A stretch of DNA of 64,000 nucleotides, from contig JAHLVW010000036.1 in the NCBI GenBank assembly GCA_019058275.1, positions 32,001 through 96,000 on the forward strand, given 5' to 3'. A program made the translations under genes and the position numbers. Shown one piece after another: positions 1-8,605 of this stretch. The notes below the pieces were generated by a model. The model ran no database searches and had not been told where the DNA came from. It was given only the letters and a program-made list of their open reading frames with translations. Each line of letters starts with the position of its first letter. Positions within the stretch are counted from its first letter, which is position 1. Source of the stretch: Candidatus Heimdallarchaeota archaeon (lineage in GTDB: Archaea > Asgardarchaeota > Heimdallarchaeia > JABLTI01).

Positions 1-304
1 TTACATCTGATTCATTACTCATTAATCCTATATTATAGATTGTAAAGGCTGCATTATTAGTAATTACAATTGTAACTGAAAAACTGTTATTGATATTTGT
101 TTCAAAAAATTCTACGGGAGTTGGACGATCTATATCGGAAATCTTCTTGGTAACATTAATTGCAATATTATTTATACTTGGGCTATCACCAGTTTTAACT
201 GGGGTTGTTACAGCTTGTGTAGTCTCTAAATCATAATTTTGTATTGTTGCAATTAGTACTACTGTGAATATTATGAACAGTGTAGATATTTTTTGTTTAT
301 TCAA
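1..304 (-). CDS. Secreted/surface protein, 5' part only (runs off left edge)
   Basis: Manual translation from TTG at 304 (GAGGA upstream): MNKQKISTLFIIFTVVLIATIQ... has a signal-peptide-like N-terminus, several N-x-S/T sequons, and stays open to base 1. Not in the ORF track. Confidence 0.65.
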   Translation of the reverse strand, partial: MNKQKISTLFIIFTVVLIATIQNYDLETTQAVTTPVKTGDSPSINNIAINVTKKISDIDRPTPVEFFETNINNSFSVTIVITNNAAFTIYNIGLMSNESDV

Positions 305-451
305 TTTTAGTCCTCGTCTAATTGTCTACTTTTCCAAATATTTCCTTTTTACTTGGAATTAAAAAGCTTTCTTTAAACTTCAATTCTATTTTATTTGTTC
401 ACAAATAATTCTCTATAAAATATTTTTCCTTAAATTCCAAATGCCTTATTT

Positions 452-1108
452 CTAATAGGATTTCATGTTTTTTTTGTTTATTAAATAATTATATTCTAAT
501 TTATCTAGCATTGTGACAAGTCTACTTAGTGGTAATCCCATCACATTATAGTAACACCCTTCAATTTTATCGATCAAAGCTGCTCCCTTCCCTTGAATCG
601 CATAAGCACCTGCTTTATCAAGGACGCTCTCTGCATCAATATAAGCAATAATCTTTTCTTCTGACCATTCTATCATGCTGACCAATGTTCTCTCAACTGC
701 AGTTAGTATTTTATCTTTGTGAGAATCATAGATGCATATACCAGTATAAACTTCATGTGTTTTACCTAAGATTTTTTTCAACATATTTATTGCATCAGCT
801 TTATCGGTTGGTTTGCCTATAATTTCATCATCTATAACAACAATTGTATCAGCACCAATAATTAATGAGTTGCTCTTTTTTTCAAGTGGAAGGGACTTTC
901 CAACACATGAAACTTTTTGGTATGCAACTTGTAGAACTTTTTCTTCAATAGTTGTATTTTGTTTATCTCCAAATGTTTCTTTCTTCTTTGCGCTATTGAA
1001 ATTCTTCTCTTCTTCCAAACAGGGAATTACTTCGTGTTTAATACTAAGTAGATCTAATAATTCATGCCTACGAGGTGATGCTGATGCTAGAATAATGTTC
1101 TTCATCAT
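452..1108 (-). CDS. maf: Maf family nucleoside-triphosphate pyrophosphatase (YhdE-like)
   Basis: ILASASPRR, GADTIV, GKP, KAGAYAIQG and NVMGLP motifs. Confidence 0.93.
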   Translation of the reverse strand: MMKNIILASASPRRHELLDLLSIKHEVIPCLEEEKNFNSAKKKETFGDKQNTTIEEKVLQVAYQKVSCVGKSLPLEKKSNSLIIGADTIVVIDDEIIGKPTDKADAINMLKKILGKTHEVYTGICIYDSHKDKILTAVERTLVSMIEWSEEKIIAYIDAESVLDKAGAYAIQGKGAALIDKIEGCYYNVMGLPLSRLVTMLDKLEYNYLINKKNMKSY

Positions 1109-1300
1109 TGAAGTCTCACAAGATCTTTTTACATAGCTTATCCTTTTAATATTATAAATAAAGAATTCTACACTATGAATAATTATATAATCAATTCCGA
1201 ACCTTTTTCTAATATCAGTACATTAATTATTTACTGAGTTAGAATTATATTGAATTAGTAACTAACAAATAACAACTGACTAGGAAGAGGATTTATTCAA

Positions 1301-2890
1301 TTGCCCAAGAATATCAAATATGATAATTTAGATAAAAGGTATCTTGCTGCTCTTATTAGTTCTTTAGAAGAACGAAAGAAGAACAGAGACATTGATATCG
1401 AATTATATGATTCATTGATCAAAAAATATACACATGCCTATGAAATTGCTGAAGATAAATCAACTATAAGAGATGGTTTTGTAACTTTAGAAGCAATAGC
1501 ACCTGATCCAGAAACTATAAGGAATTCAGTTAAGCAATTACTCGAGAGAATACTTGCTCTAGAAAAAGAGCAGAGAAAAATTAGAGGAAGATTTTCAAAA
1601 CTAGATGAATTGTTAGCTAAAGGAAATGTTTCTGAGAATGTATATCTAACTAAGAAGAAAGAATATGAAATTTTAGTTATGAAGCTTGAAGATCAAAAAC
1701 AAATCTTTCTAAAGGGCATTCCTGATTCTCTAAGTATTATACAAGAAATGAATATTGGACTCGTTGAGAGAATTGAAGAGGTAAAAGTAGATGCAGCAGT
1801 AACAAAATCGAAAACAATAACTGATGAGTTGAAAAAACTTGAGAAAAATAAAAAAGATATTACTTATGTGGCAAAGGAAATGTCCAAGTTAGTTGATGTT
1901 GACTTTGATAAAGATGTTTGGGTAAGACCTACTGATGCTGACCTGCTACTACCTCCACCAGTTGTTAAAGCTGAGATTAAACCTCTAAGCAAAGAAGTTC
2001 CACAAAAAGTAAAACCTGAACCCTCTGCTTCTGGAGTTATACCACCTCCTGATAGAACTATTTGGGTAAAATGGAAAAGAATCAAAATTGGTAAATTAAT
2101 GGGAGAAATTAGTTTAGTTGGTGGTAATTTTGCTGTTATTGCTACAGATAGACCCTCTTTAGCAATCATTCGAGATATAGCAGTAACAGGTCCTTCTCGA
2201 TTGAGATCATCAACGAATCCAAAGGTAATTGAAGACCGTCTTAAGAAACTAATAAAGGACAAATACAATGTTTCTGATGTTGATTCTCTACTCCCACAAC
2301 ATCTGATAAGATTCGCTGTTGACAATAAAGTTGGGGTTGATCTTTTCAAGTTAATAAATTCCTATTTTGCTTCTGTTGGAAGTGGAGCAGTAACTGTAAA
2401 AACAAGTGAAGCATTAGTTAATGATAATGCTCAAATTTTAACTTTAGCTGAAAATGTTAATTTATTAGGAAGAAGAGTTCTTACTCCTGATAGACAATTA
2501 ATTGGTGTTATTCACGAATTATATTATGATCCAACTACATCCCATTTGTATACTTTTGCTTTCAAGGGTGTACCTCCAGCAGTCATTCGTAGAATATATA
2601 GAGATTCACATAATAGAACGATGACAGATGGGACCTTTAGTGAATTCAGAAATGAAATTTCTAAAAAGCTATCAATACCAATCTATGAGGCGCTCACACC
2701 TTCAAGTATTTTAAGATACTCTTTGATGAGCGGTTTAGTTCACAATCTAAATCAATTGGCAACACTTGTTGAAAGCATGAATCCAAGAGTTTCCAAAGTA
2801 GTAGATATTTCTTCTATAAGTTCGCAAGGAGTAATGCTTTCTCGATATCCTCAAAACTCTCTCCCAAGAATTCAATACGTTGAATACTAA
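1301..2890 (+). CDS. Coiled-coil protein with CdvA-like helical motif, Pro-rich linker and duplicated PRC-barrel-like C-terminal region
   Basis: 529 aa with GAGGA RBS. Contains RFSKLDELLAKGNVSENVY in the coiled coil, a PPPVV...PPP linker, and LLGRRVLTPDRQLIGVIHELYYD (PRC-barrel-like). Confidence 0.55.
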   Translation: MPKNIKYDNLDKRYLAALISSLEERKKNRDIDIELYDSLIKKYTHAYEIAEDKSTIRDGFVTLEAIAPDPETIRNSVKQLLERILALEKEQRKIRGRFSKLDELLAKGNVSENVYLTKKKEYEILVMKLEDQKQIFLKGIPDSLSIIQEMNIGLVERIEEVKVDAAVTKSKTITDELKKLEKNKKDITYVAKEMSKLVDVDFDKDVWVRPTDADLLLPPPVVKAEIKPLSKEVPQKVKPEPSASGVIPPPDRTIWVKWKRIKIGKLMGEISLVGGNFAVIATDRPSLAIIRDIAVTGPSRLRSSTNPKVIEDRLKKLIKDKYNVSDVDSLLPQHLIRFAVDNKVGVDLFKLINSYFASVGSGAVTVKTSEALVNDNAQILTLAENVNLLGRRVLTPDRQLIGVIHELYYDPTTSHLYTFAFKGVPPAVIRRIYRDSHNRTMTDGTFSEFRNEISKKLSIPIYEALTPSSILRYSLMSGLVHNLNQLATLVESMNPRVSKVVDISSISSQGVMLSRYPQNSLPRIQYVEY

Positions 2891-2904
2891 ATTTCTGATA
2901 AAAA

Positions 2905-2985
2905 ACCTCGAAAAATAGGGGGAGGGAGGCCCCTCGACCATGAGAGAAAAAAAGAGATTTCTTTTTTCGGTCAAGAGGCAAGTGA
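2905..2985 (-). ncRNA. Candidate structured small RNA or terminator element
   Basis: GC-rich intergenic stem-loop (cctc-gacc...ggtc-aa-gagg) followed on the - strand by CCCTCCCCC and a T-tract; TATA-like TTTATATT at 3003-3010 on the - strand. Confidence 0.3.
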
Positions 2986-3115
2986 GTATTTTACAAATGT
3001 GAAATATAAAGCTTACTACTGTTGCAAAAAAAGTGGTCTTTGCTTAACTCGGGTTCACTTCCAATAGAAAAACGTCTATTTATATAGAAAGATGTGTTAA
3101 TTAGACAAAAAATAG

Positions 3116-4294
3116 CTAAATTTTTTCTCTTTTTATCCTAAGAAATTTATCTTTTGAACCACAAACAGGACAACCCATTTCTTTTAATTCTTCAATGGTT
3201 TTGATTTTCTCATTTTTACCAATTTGTATTTCATGATTTTTTGAGCATTTGTAAATTCGCAAAGTGGGTGAGAATTCACCTGTATATATTTTCTCATAAA
3301 ATTCATCTATAATTTGAGCTTTAGATAAATCAGTAGTCAATAATTTTGCGATGAATGTAGTATTTCCATGCATTTCAGCCCCCTCGTACAAATTGAATCC
3401 TGGTAGCATTTGTTGAATCACTAACCCATGTTCTTGAATCACTTTTTGAACATCTAATAAATCGTTAGGAGCTCTGTGTGCATAAGCAAGGTATACTTTA
3501 CGACCTAATTCTGGCTTTAATGCTTGCAAACATCTTGAGAGGAACAATTTCAAACCTGAAATTGTGTATGGTGGATCTGTTAATACAGTATCGAACTTAC
3601 CTACAAGCTTGTTTGAAATTGGTTTTCGTAAATCAGCATGGATACAAACAATATCAAAATTATTTTCCTTAGCGATTTGGCTTATAACATCTAATAACCG
3701 CTTATCGATATCTATTACTGTAATTTTAGTTAAGGTTCCAAGTAATGCTATAGCTAAAGATGTAAAATCATCATCACCTAACAATAGAACCTCTCTACCT
3801 TCCAAATCATCATTTTGAAGCATTAATAATGCTCGACATAAAGCTGTAATAGGTTTTCCAAAAGCTTGATCAATTTCTGTTTGTGGAGTAGGACGTAAAT
3901 CAGTAAAATCTCTTAACTTGGGAATGATACTGTCTGCATCATCTGGTAACTCAATAGTAGTTCCATCACATTCTTTACAAAGCAAGTTTTGAAAATAGTT
4001 TATTTGTAATTCTAAATTTACAAAATCTACTCCAAGCTCAGTTAGAATTGCTCCCTTTTTTAAGCGTTCAATGAAACCAATCTTTTCCAATTCTTTTCTA
4101 ATTGCTGCAACAGTTGGAATTGGTAGAAATAGCTTTCGAGCTAAGCTTTTAGTTCCAATTGTTCCAAAGCGATAAATCTCTCTTAAAACACCTCTAACAG
4201 CATCTTTACCTTCTTTTAGCTGGGATTTCGAAGCAACTTCTTGAAGAATTGTATTTCCATCTTTTTTAAATCCTGATTTTCTATAGATTGACAT
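3116..4294 (-). CDS. bpsA: Branched-chain polyamine (N4-bis(aminopropyl)spermidine) synthase family, with N-terminal wHTH and C-terminal Zn-ribbon-like extension
   Basis: EIDQA, LLLGDDDFTSLA, IDID and DPPYT motifs of the BpsA/DUF43 family; directly downstream of speD. Confidence 0.85.
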   Translation of the reverse strand: MSIYRKSGFKKDGNTILQEVASKSQLKEGKDAVRGVLREIYRFGTIGTKSLARKLFLPIPTVAAIRKELEKIGFIERLKKGAILTELGVDFVNLELQINYFQNLLCKECDGTTIELPDDADSIIPKLRDFTDLRPTPQTEIDQAFGKPITALCRALLMLQNDDLEGREVLLLGDDDFTSLAIALLGTLTKITVIDIDKRLLDVISQIAKENNFDIVCIHADLRKPISNKLVGKFDTVLTDPPYTISGLKLFLSRCLQALKPELGRKVYLAYAHRAPNDLLDVQKVIQEHGLVIQQMLPGFNLYEGAEMHGNTTFIAKLLTTDLSKAQIIDEFYEKIYTGEFSPTLRIYKCSKNHEIQIGKNEKIKTIEELKEMGCPVCGSKDKFLRIKREKI

Positions 4295-4308
4295 TTTATT
4301 ACCAACTA

Positions 4309-4689
4309 TTATTTAATCACTCGAGGTAATTCTTTTAGTTCAAAAGACTCGGGCTGTAAATATTCTTTAATGTGTTCCCAAGCAACAAATGGATCTAATG
4401 ATTCTCCACAAAGGAAGATATCTAAAGCAGCAAATCCAAATTCAGGCCAGGTATGAATTGAGATGTGTGTTTCTTTTAATATTACTACAACACTGCAACC
4501 CAATGGAGAAAACCTATGAACTGATGCTTGCAAGACATGTGCACCAGCTTTTTTTGCAGCTTCCGTTACTAGAGTTAGCAAAGCAGTTTCATCATTGATA
4601 TCTGCTTTACACTTGTAAAGATCAACTAACACTTGTTTTACAGTTAGTGGTCTTTTTAATTGGTATTTTTTAATTTCTTCCTTAGGCAT
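4309..4689 (-). CDS. speD: S-adenosylmethionine decarboxylase proenzyme (class 1B SpeD/SpeH family), ETH variant
   Basis: HRFSPLG, E-T-HISIHTWPE, ALDIFLCG; canonical motif is ESH. Confidence 0.85.
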   Translation of the reverse strand: MPKEEIKKYQLKRPLTVKQVLVDLYKCKADINDETALLTLVTEAAKKAGAHVLQASVHRFSPLGCSVVVILKETHISIHTWPEFGFAALDIFLCGESLDPFVAWEHIKEYLQPESFELKELPRVIK

Positions 4690-4880
4690 TACTTATCTTC
4701 TCCAAGTTTGCTCGAAACACTTACTAATTTAACGACGCTGATTTGATGTTAATTAATTTTTGATATTAGGAGATGTTTTAGGGACTCAATAATAAATTTA
4801 CTCATCTTTTCACTATCGGAATAGATATAATTTGTTATAGTATAAGCAAAAACTAGGAATTAGCCTTTAAGGTGCACATA

Positions 4881-5633
4881 ATGAAAACCTCACGATCTAG
4901 AATCACAAAATTTCAAGACATAGAATCAACTCAGAAACAAGCTCATTTATACATTAAAGAAGGTAAAGCAACAGATGGAATGATTCTAATTTCAGAAACA
5001 CAGACTGGAGGAATTGGAAGACTGGATAGAGATTGGTCATCACCCAAAGGAGGATTGTGGATGTCTATAATCACACATAGGTCTATTCCTTTAGAATTCT
5101 TTCAAGGATTTTCAGTTAGAATTGGTTTAGCTCTAAGTAAGGTTTTGGAAGAATTTATCCAGATTCCAATCAAAGTAAAATGGCCAAATGATTTAATACT
5201 CAATGGTAAAAAAGTGGGCGGAATACTTGTTGATATAAGTTCCCAAGATGAATTTCTGCACTATTTAGTTTTAGGAATTGGGATAAATGTTAATGTCAAA
5301 TTAGACTGTCTACCAGATGAAGTAAGAAAGATAGCTACATCAATTAATTGTGAAACACAGAAAGAGCATCCAATTGAGAAAATTTTAGATTTACTTATCA
5401 GTGTATATGATCAAATCATTGATGATTTAGAAATCGGAGTAACCCTAGATCTATCAGATAATTGGGTAAAAAGATCCCATACATATAATTCAAATATAAC
5501 AGTCAAAACTGCTAATCAAATAATTGAGGGGATTGAAGTAGGCTTAACATCTAATGGTGAACTGATAATTAAAACCACAGACGGAGAGCACAAAATCTCA
5601 ATTGGTGAAATTGAACAGATAAGAAAAGCATGA
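4881..5633 (+). CDS. birA: Biotin--[acetyl-CoA carboxylase] ligase, monofunctional (no HTH)
   Basis: QTGGIGRLDRDWSSP, KWPND, KKVGGIL and GIGIN motifs. ATG 4881 follows AGGTG (the track starts at GTG 4872). Confidence 0.92.
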   Translation: MKTSRSRITKFQDIESTQKQAHLYIKEGKATDGMILISETQTGGIGRLDRDWSSPKGGLWMSIITHRSIPLEFFQGFSVRIGLALSKVLEEFIQIPIKVKWPNDLILNGKKVGGILVDISSQDEFLHYLVLGIGINVNVKLDCLPDEVRKIATSINCETQKEHPIEKILDLLISVYDQIIDDLEIGVTLDLSDNWVKRSHTYNSNITVKTANQIIEGIEVGLTSNGELIIKTTDGEHKISIGEIEQIRKA

Positions 5634-5634
5634 A

Positions 5635-6438
5635 CTAAATCACGCTTACTTTATCTGGAATTAAGTTAACATATAATGCTTCTTTTAGTAAATGCTCAAC
5701 AAAGAATCTTCTAATCAAGCTAAAAGTTTCATAACGTGCTAGGCAATTCGTTAAATTATGGTCAGCATTTCCAATGATTTCGAATCTTTTTGGTAATTGT
5801 GCTTTCTGGTAGAGTTTTCTTATACCATTGATTGGCATGAAATCATCTTTAGCACCAGCAAGTATCATTAAAGGTCTTGGTGCGATTTTGCTTATACAAT
5901 TAAGTGGGTTGTTTCCCTTAATATCATTGACCAATTTTTCTTTAATACCTGTTGTTGGCAAACGAACTAAACCAGTTAGAGCTAATCCCTCCCACATCGC
6001 ATCAAATTCTGGGTAATTGACCATAAATTCAAAATCAAAAAGTGGAGCAAGTAAAGCTAAAGCAGAAACTCTTTGATCTCTAGAAACATGACAAGCTGCA
6101 ATTGCGCCACCTAAGCTTACTCCAAGAATACCAATTCTTAGTGGATTAACTTTGGTATGATTTGTCAAATAATTAATTACAATATCTAGATTCGCGAGTG
6201 AAGTTTGTATTGAATTTACTCCTGTGCTATCATAGAAACCAGTGAAATGAAATGCAAAATATGCAATTCCTTCATCTGTTAACATAGTTGCTATTTCTTC
6301 TTCCTTTTCAAATTTGTTTGAAACTAACCCATGAGCTTTACAAACTGCGGGATATCTATCCATACCATTGTTTGGGAAAAAAAACATGCCACTTATGGTA
6401 CTATTATAATATTGAATTGTCACTTTTTCCTTTATCAT
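5635..6438 (-). CDS. Alpha/beta hydrolase (Ser-Asp-His), candidate thioesterase/esterase
   Basis: HG oxyanion motif, GVSLGG nucleophile, GAKDD acid, ADHNL His; third gene of the accC-accB run. Confidence 0.82.
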   Translation of the reverse strand: MIKEKVTIQYYNSTISGMFFFPNNGMDRYPAVCKAHGLVSNKFEKEEEIATMLTDEGIAYFAFHFTGFYDSTGVNSIQTSLANLDIVINYLTNHTKVNPLRIGILGVSLGGAIAACHVSRDQRVSALALLAPLFDFEFMVNYPEFDAMWEGLALTGLVRLPTTGIKEKLVNDIKGNNPLNCISKIAPRPLMILAGAKDDFMPINGIRKLYQKAQLPKRFEIIGNADHNLTNCLARYETFSLIRRFFVEHLLKEALYVNLIPDKVSVI

Positions 6439-6471
6439 TAATTGACTATATCTCCTGTTATAATATACAAT

Positions 6472-6948
6472 TTAACCAATCTTAATCTTCATGAGCAATT
6501 GTTTGGAAGAAACTTGATCACCTATACCTACTGCTATTCTTTCTATAATTCCATCAATTGGTGATAAAATCTCATTTCTCATTTTCATCGATTCTAATAC
6601 TAGAAGACATTGTTGATCTTTGACTTTCTCTCCAGCTTGAACCTTTATTTCCACGATTTTTCCTGCTATCGCTGCTTTGATATCTGTTCCTTTTTTGTGC
6701 TTGATATTTTTTCGACTCATTATTTGAGGAGCTGGTTTGAAATCAAAATCAATTTCTTTTCCATTTAGAAAAACAGTATTTTCCTTAAATTCAATCCTTA
6801 GCACTCTACCATTTACTAATACTCTGTAAAATCTGCCATTATAGAATACTTCGGGCTTGAATTGATAATCATTAATCTTGATGCCATTTGGAGATTGTTC
6901 TAAATCAAATTCAGAACCATGAATGCGAATCTTGTACTTTTTCTCCAT
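6472..6948 (-). CDS. accB: Biotin carboxyl carrier protein with N-terminal BT-like beta domain
   Basis: LESMKMRNEI biotinylation motif, AAIAGKIV, GDQV. Confidence 0.9.
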   Translation of the reverse strand: MEKKYKIRIHGSEFDLEQSPNGIKINDYQFKPEVFYNGRFYRVLVNGRVLRIEFKENTVFLNGKEIDFDFKPAPQIMSRKNIKHKKGTDIKAAIAGKIVEIKVQAGEKVKDQQCLLVLESMKMRNEILSPIDGIIERIAVGIGDQVSSKQLLMKIKIG

Positions 6949-6951
6949 GAT

Positions 6952-8424
6952 TTAGTCCCTCCCTATAGCATCCATCTTACTTTTCATTCGCCAATTATCT
7001 GATGTAGATGGAAGACTGAGTTTGCTTTTCTTTAATCCAACAGCAAATAGTGCTGATGCAATTGTGCAAACGTTTTTCTCAAGTTTCTCGAGTATTTTTC
7101 TATCTTGAATGAAATTTATACTAATATCACCCATTTGGAAATTAGCATCTTCAAATAATTGCTCGAAGAAAGAGATATTTGTAGGAAACCCAATAATAAC
7201 TAATTCTTTCAAAGCATTTTGTGCTCGTCGAATAGCTTCTTCTCTAGATTCATCTGCTACTATTAATTTTCCAATTAGTGAATCATAGCAATCTGGTATT
7301 GTGAATCCTTCATAGATTGAAGTATCAAATCGTACTTGAGGACCACCTGGTGCAACAAATCTGGAAACCATACCGGGTGTTGGTTGAAAATTCATAAGAG
7401 GATCTTCTGCATTGATTCGTAATTCTATTGCATGTCCCCTAAATTTAATATCAGACTGTTTAAACGACAATTCAGCACCTTGAGCAATCTTAATTTGCTC
7501 TTTAACAATATCCTTTCCAGTTAACATTTCAGTTACAGGGTGCTCAACTTGAATTCTTGGATTTATTTCATTAAACATAACCTGATTATTTTTGTAGAGG
7601 AATTCTATTGTACCAGCATTTTTGTAACCAAGAGTTTTTGCTAGTTTACAAACTAATGCACCAATTTCCTTTCTCTCTGCATTTGTAATAGCTGTTGATG
7701 GTGATTCTTCTAACAATTTCTGATTTCTACGTTGTATTGAGCACTCTCTTTCACCTAAATGAACAACATTTCCAAAATTATCAGCTAAGATTTGAAACTC
7801 AATATGCCTTGGTTGCTCAATAAATTTCTCTAGGAAAACACTACTGCGTCCAAATGCTAATTTAGCTTGAGCACTAGCATTTCTAAGTGCGTTTTTCAAA
7901 TCCTTTTTATTAAGAGCAACCTGAATTCCCATACCTCCTCCACCAAAAACAGCCTTAACTAATACTGGATAACCGATTTTTTCAGCTTCTCTAATTCCTT
8001 CTTTATAATTTGAGATAATATCAGAACCAGGTGGAACGGATAATCCAACTTCTATTGCCTTTTCCCTTGACTTGACTTTATTTCCAAGAAGTTCAATAAC
8101 TTCAGGTGCGGGTCCAATAAATGTAATTCCTTCATCTAACAATCTTTGAGCAAAAATCTCACTTTCAGACAGAAATCCATATCCTGGGTGAACACTTTCT
8201 ACTTCTTCGCGCTTGCAAATAGCTGCAATCTGATCAATATCTAGATATCCTGGAGTTTCCCCATCTTCAACTAGCTCAAAAGATTCATCAGCGAGCTTCA
8301 CGTGAAGTGCATTTCGATCAACAGGGGAATAAATTGCGAAGGTTTTGATAACGAGCTCACGAGCTGCTCGGATGATTCTTACTGCAATTTCACCTCTGTT
8401 TGCTACTAACAGAGTATTGAACAT
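6952..8424 (-). CDS. accC: Biotin carboxylase subunit of acyl-CoA carboxylase
   Basis: ANRGEIA, HPGYGFLSE, GGGGMG, ERECSIQRRNQK, RIQVEHPVTE, RINAEDP, YDSLIGK. Confidence 0.96.
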   Translation of the reverse strand: MFNTLLVANRGEIAVRIIRAARELVIKTFAIYSPVDRNALHVKLADESFELVEDGETPGYLDIDQIAAICKREEVESVHPGYGFLSESEIFAQRLLDEGITFIGPAPEVIELLGNKVKSREKAIEVGLSVPPGSDIISNYKEGIREAEKIGYPVLVKAVFGGGGMGIQVALNKKDLKNALRNASAQAKLAFGRSSVFLEKFIEQPRHIEFQILADNFGNVVHLGERECSIQRRNQKLLEESPSTAITNAERKEIGALVCKLAKTLGYKNAGTIEFLYKNNQVMFNEINPRIQVEHPVTEMLTGKDIVKEQIKIAQGAELSFKQSDIKFRGHAIELRINAEDPLMNFQPTPGMVSRFVAPGGPQVRFDTSIYEGFTIPDCYDSLIGKLIVADESREEAIRRAQNALKELVIIGFPTNISFFEQLFEDANFQMGDISINFIQDRKILEKLEKNVCTIASALFAVGLKKSKLSLPSTSDNWRMKSKMDAIGRD

Positions 8425-8438
8425 GATAACAATGCAAC

Positions 8439-8525
8439 TTTTACAGTCTTATATATCACTAACGCCTTTTTACTGTAAAACCATTTCAAAGGAGGAATTT
8501 TGCTGTAGAGACTTTTACAGTAAAA
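8439..8525. promoter_or_regulatory. Repeated palindromic operator-like motif TTTTACWGTAAAA in the divergent accC / carboxyltransferase-PKS promoter
   Basis: Perfect copies at 8468-8480 (TTTTACTGTAAAA) and 8513-8525 (TTTTACAGTAAAA); degenerate copies at 8439-8451 and 8498-8510. Confidence 0.65.
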
Positions 8526-8605
8526 AAAAGATACATATATGATTATCATAGTTCCGTTTCTAAATGCGGCTTGGCAACCGTTTACTGAAACAGGAGATTT
8601 ATGAA

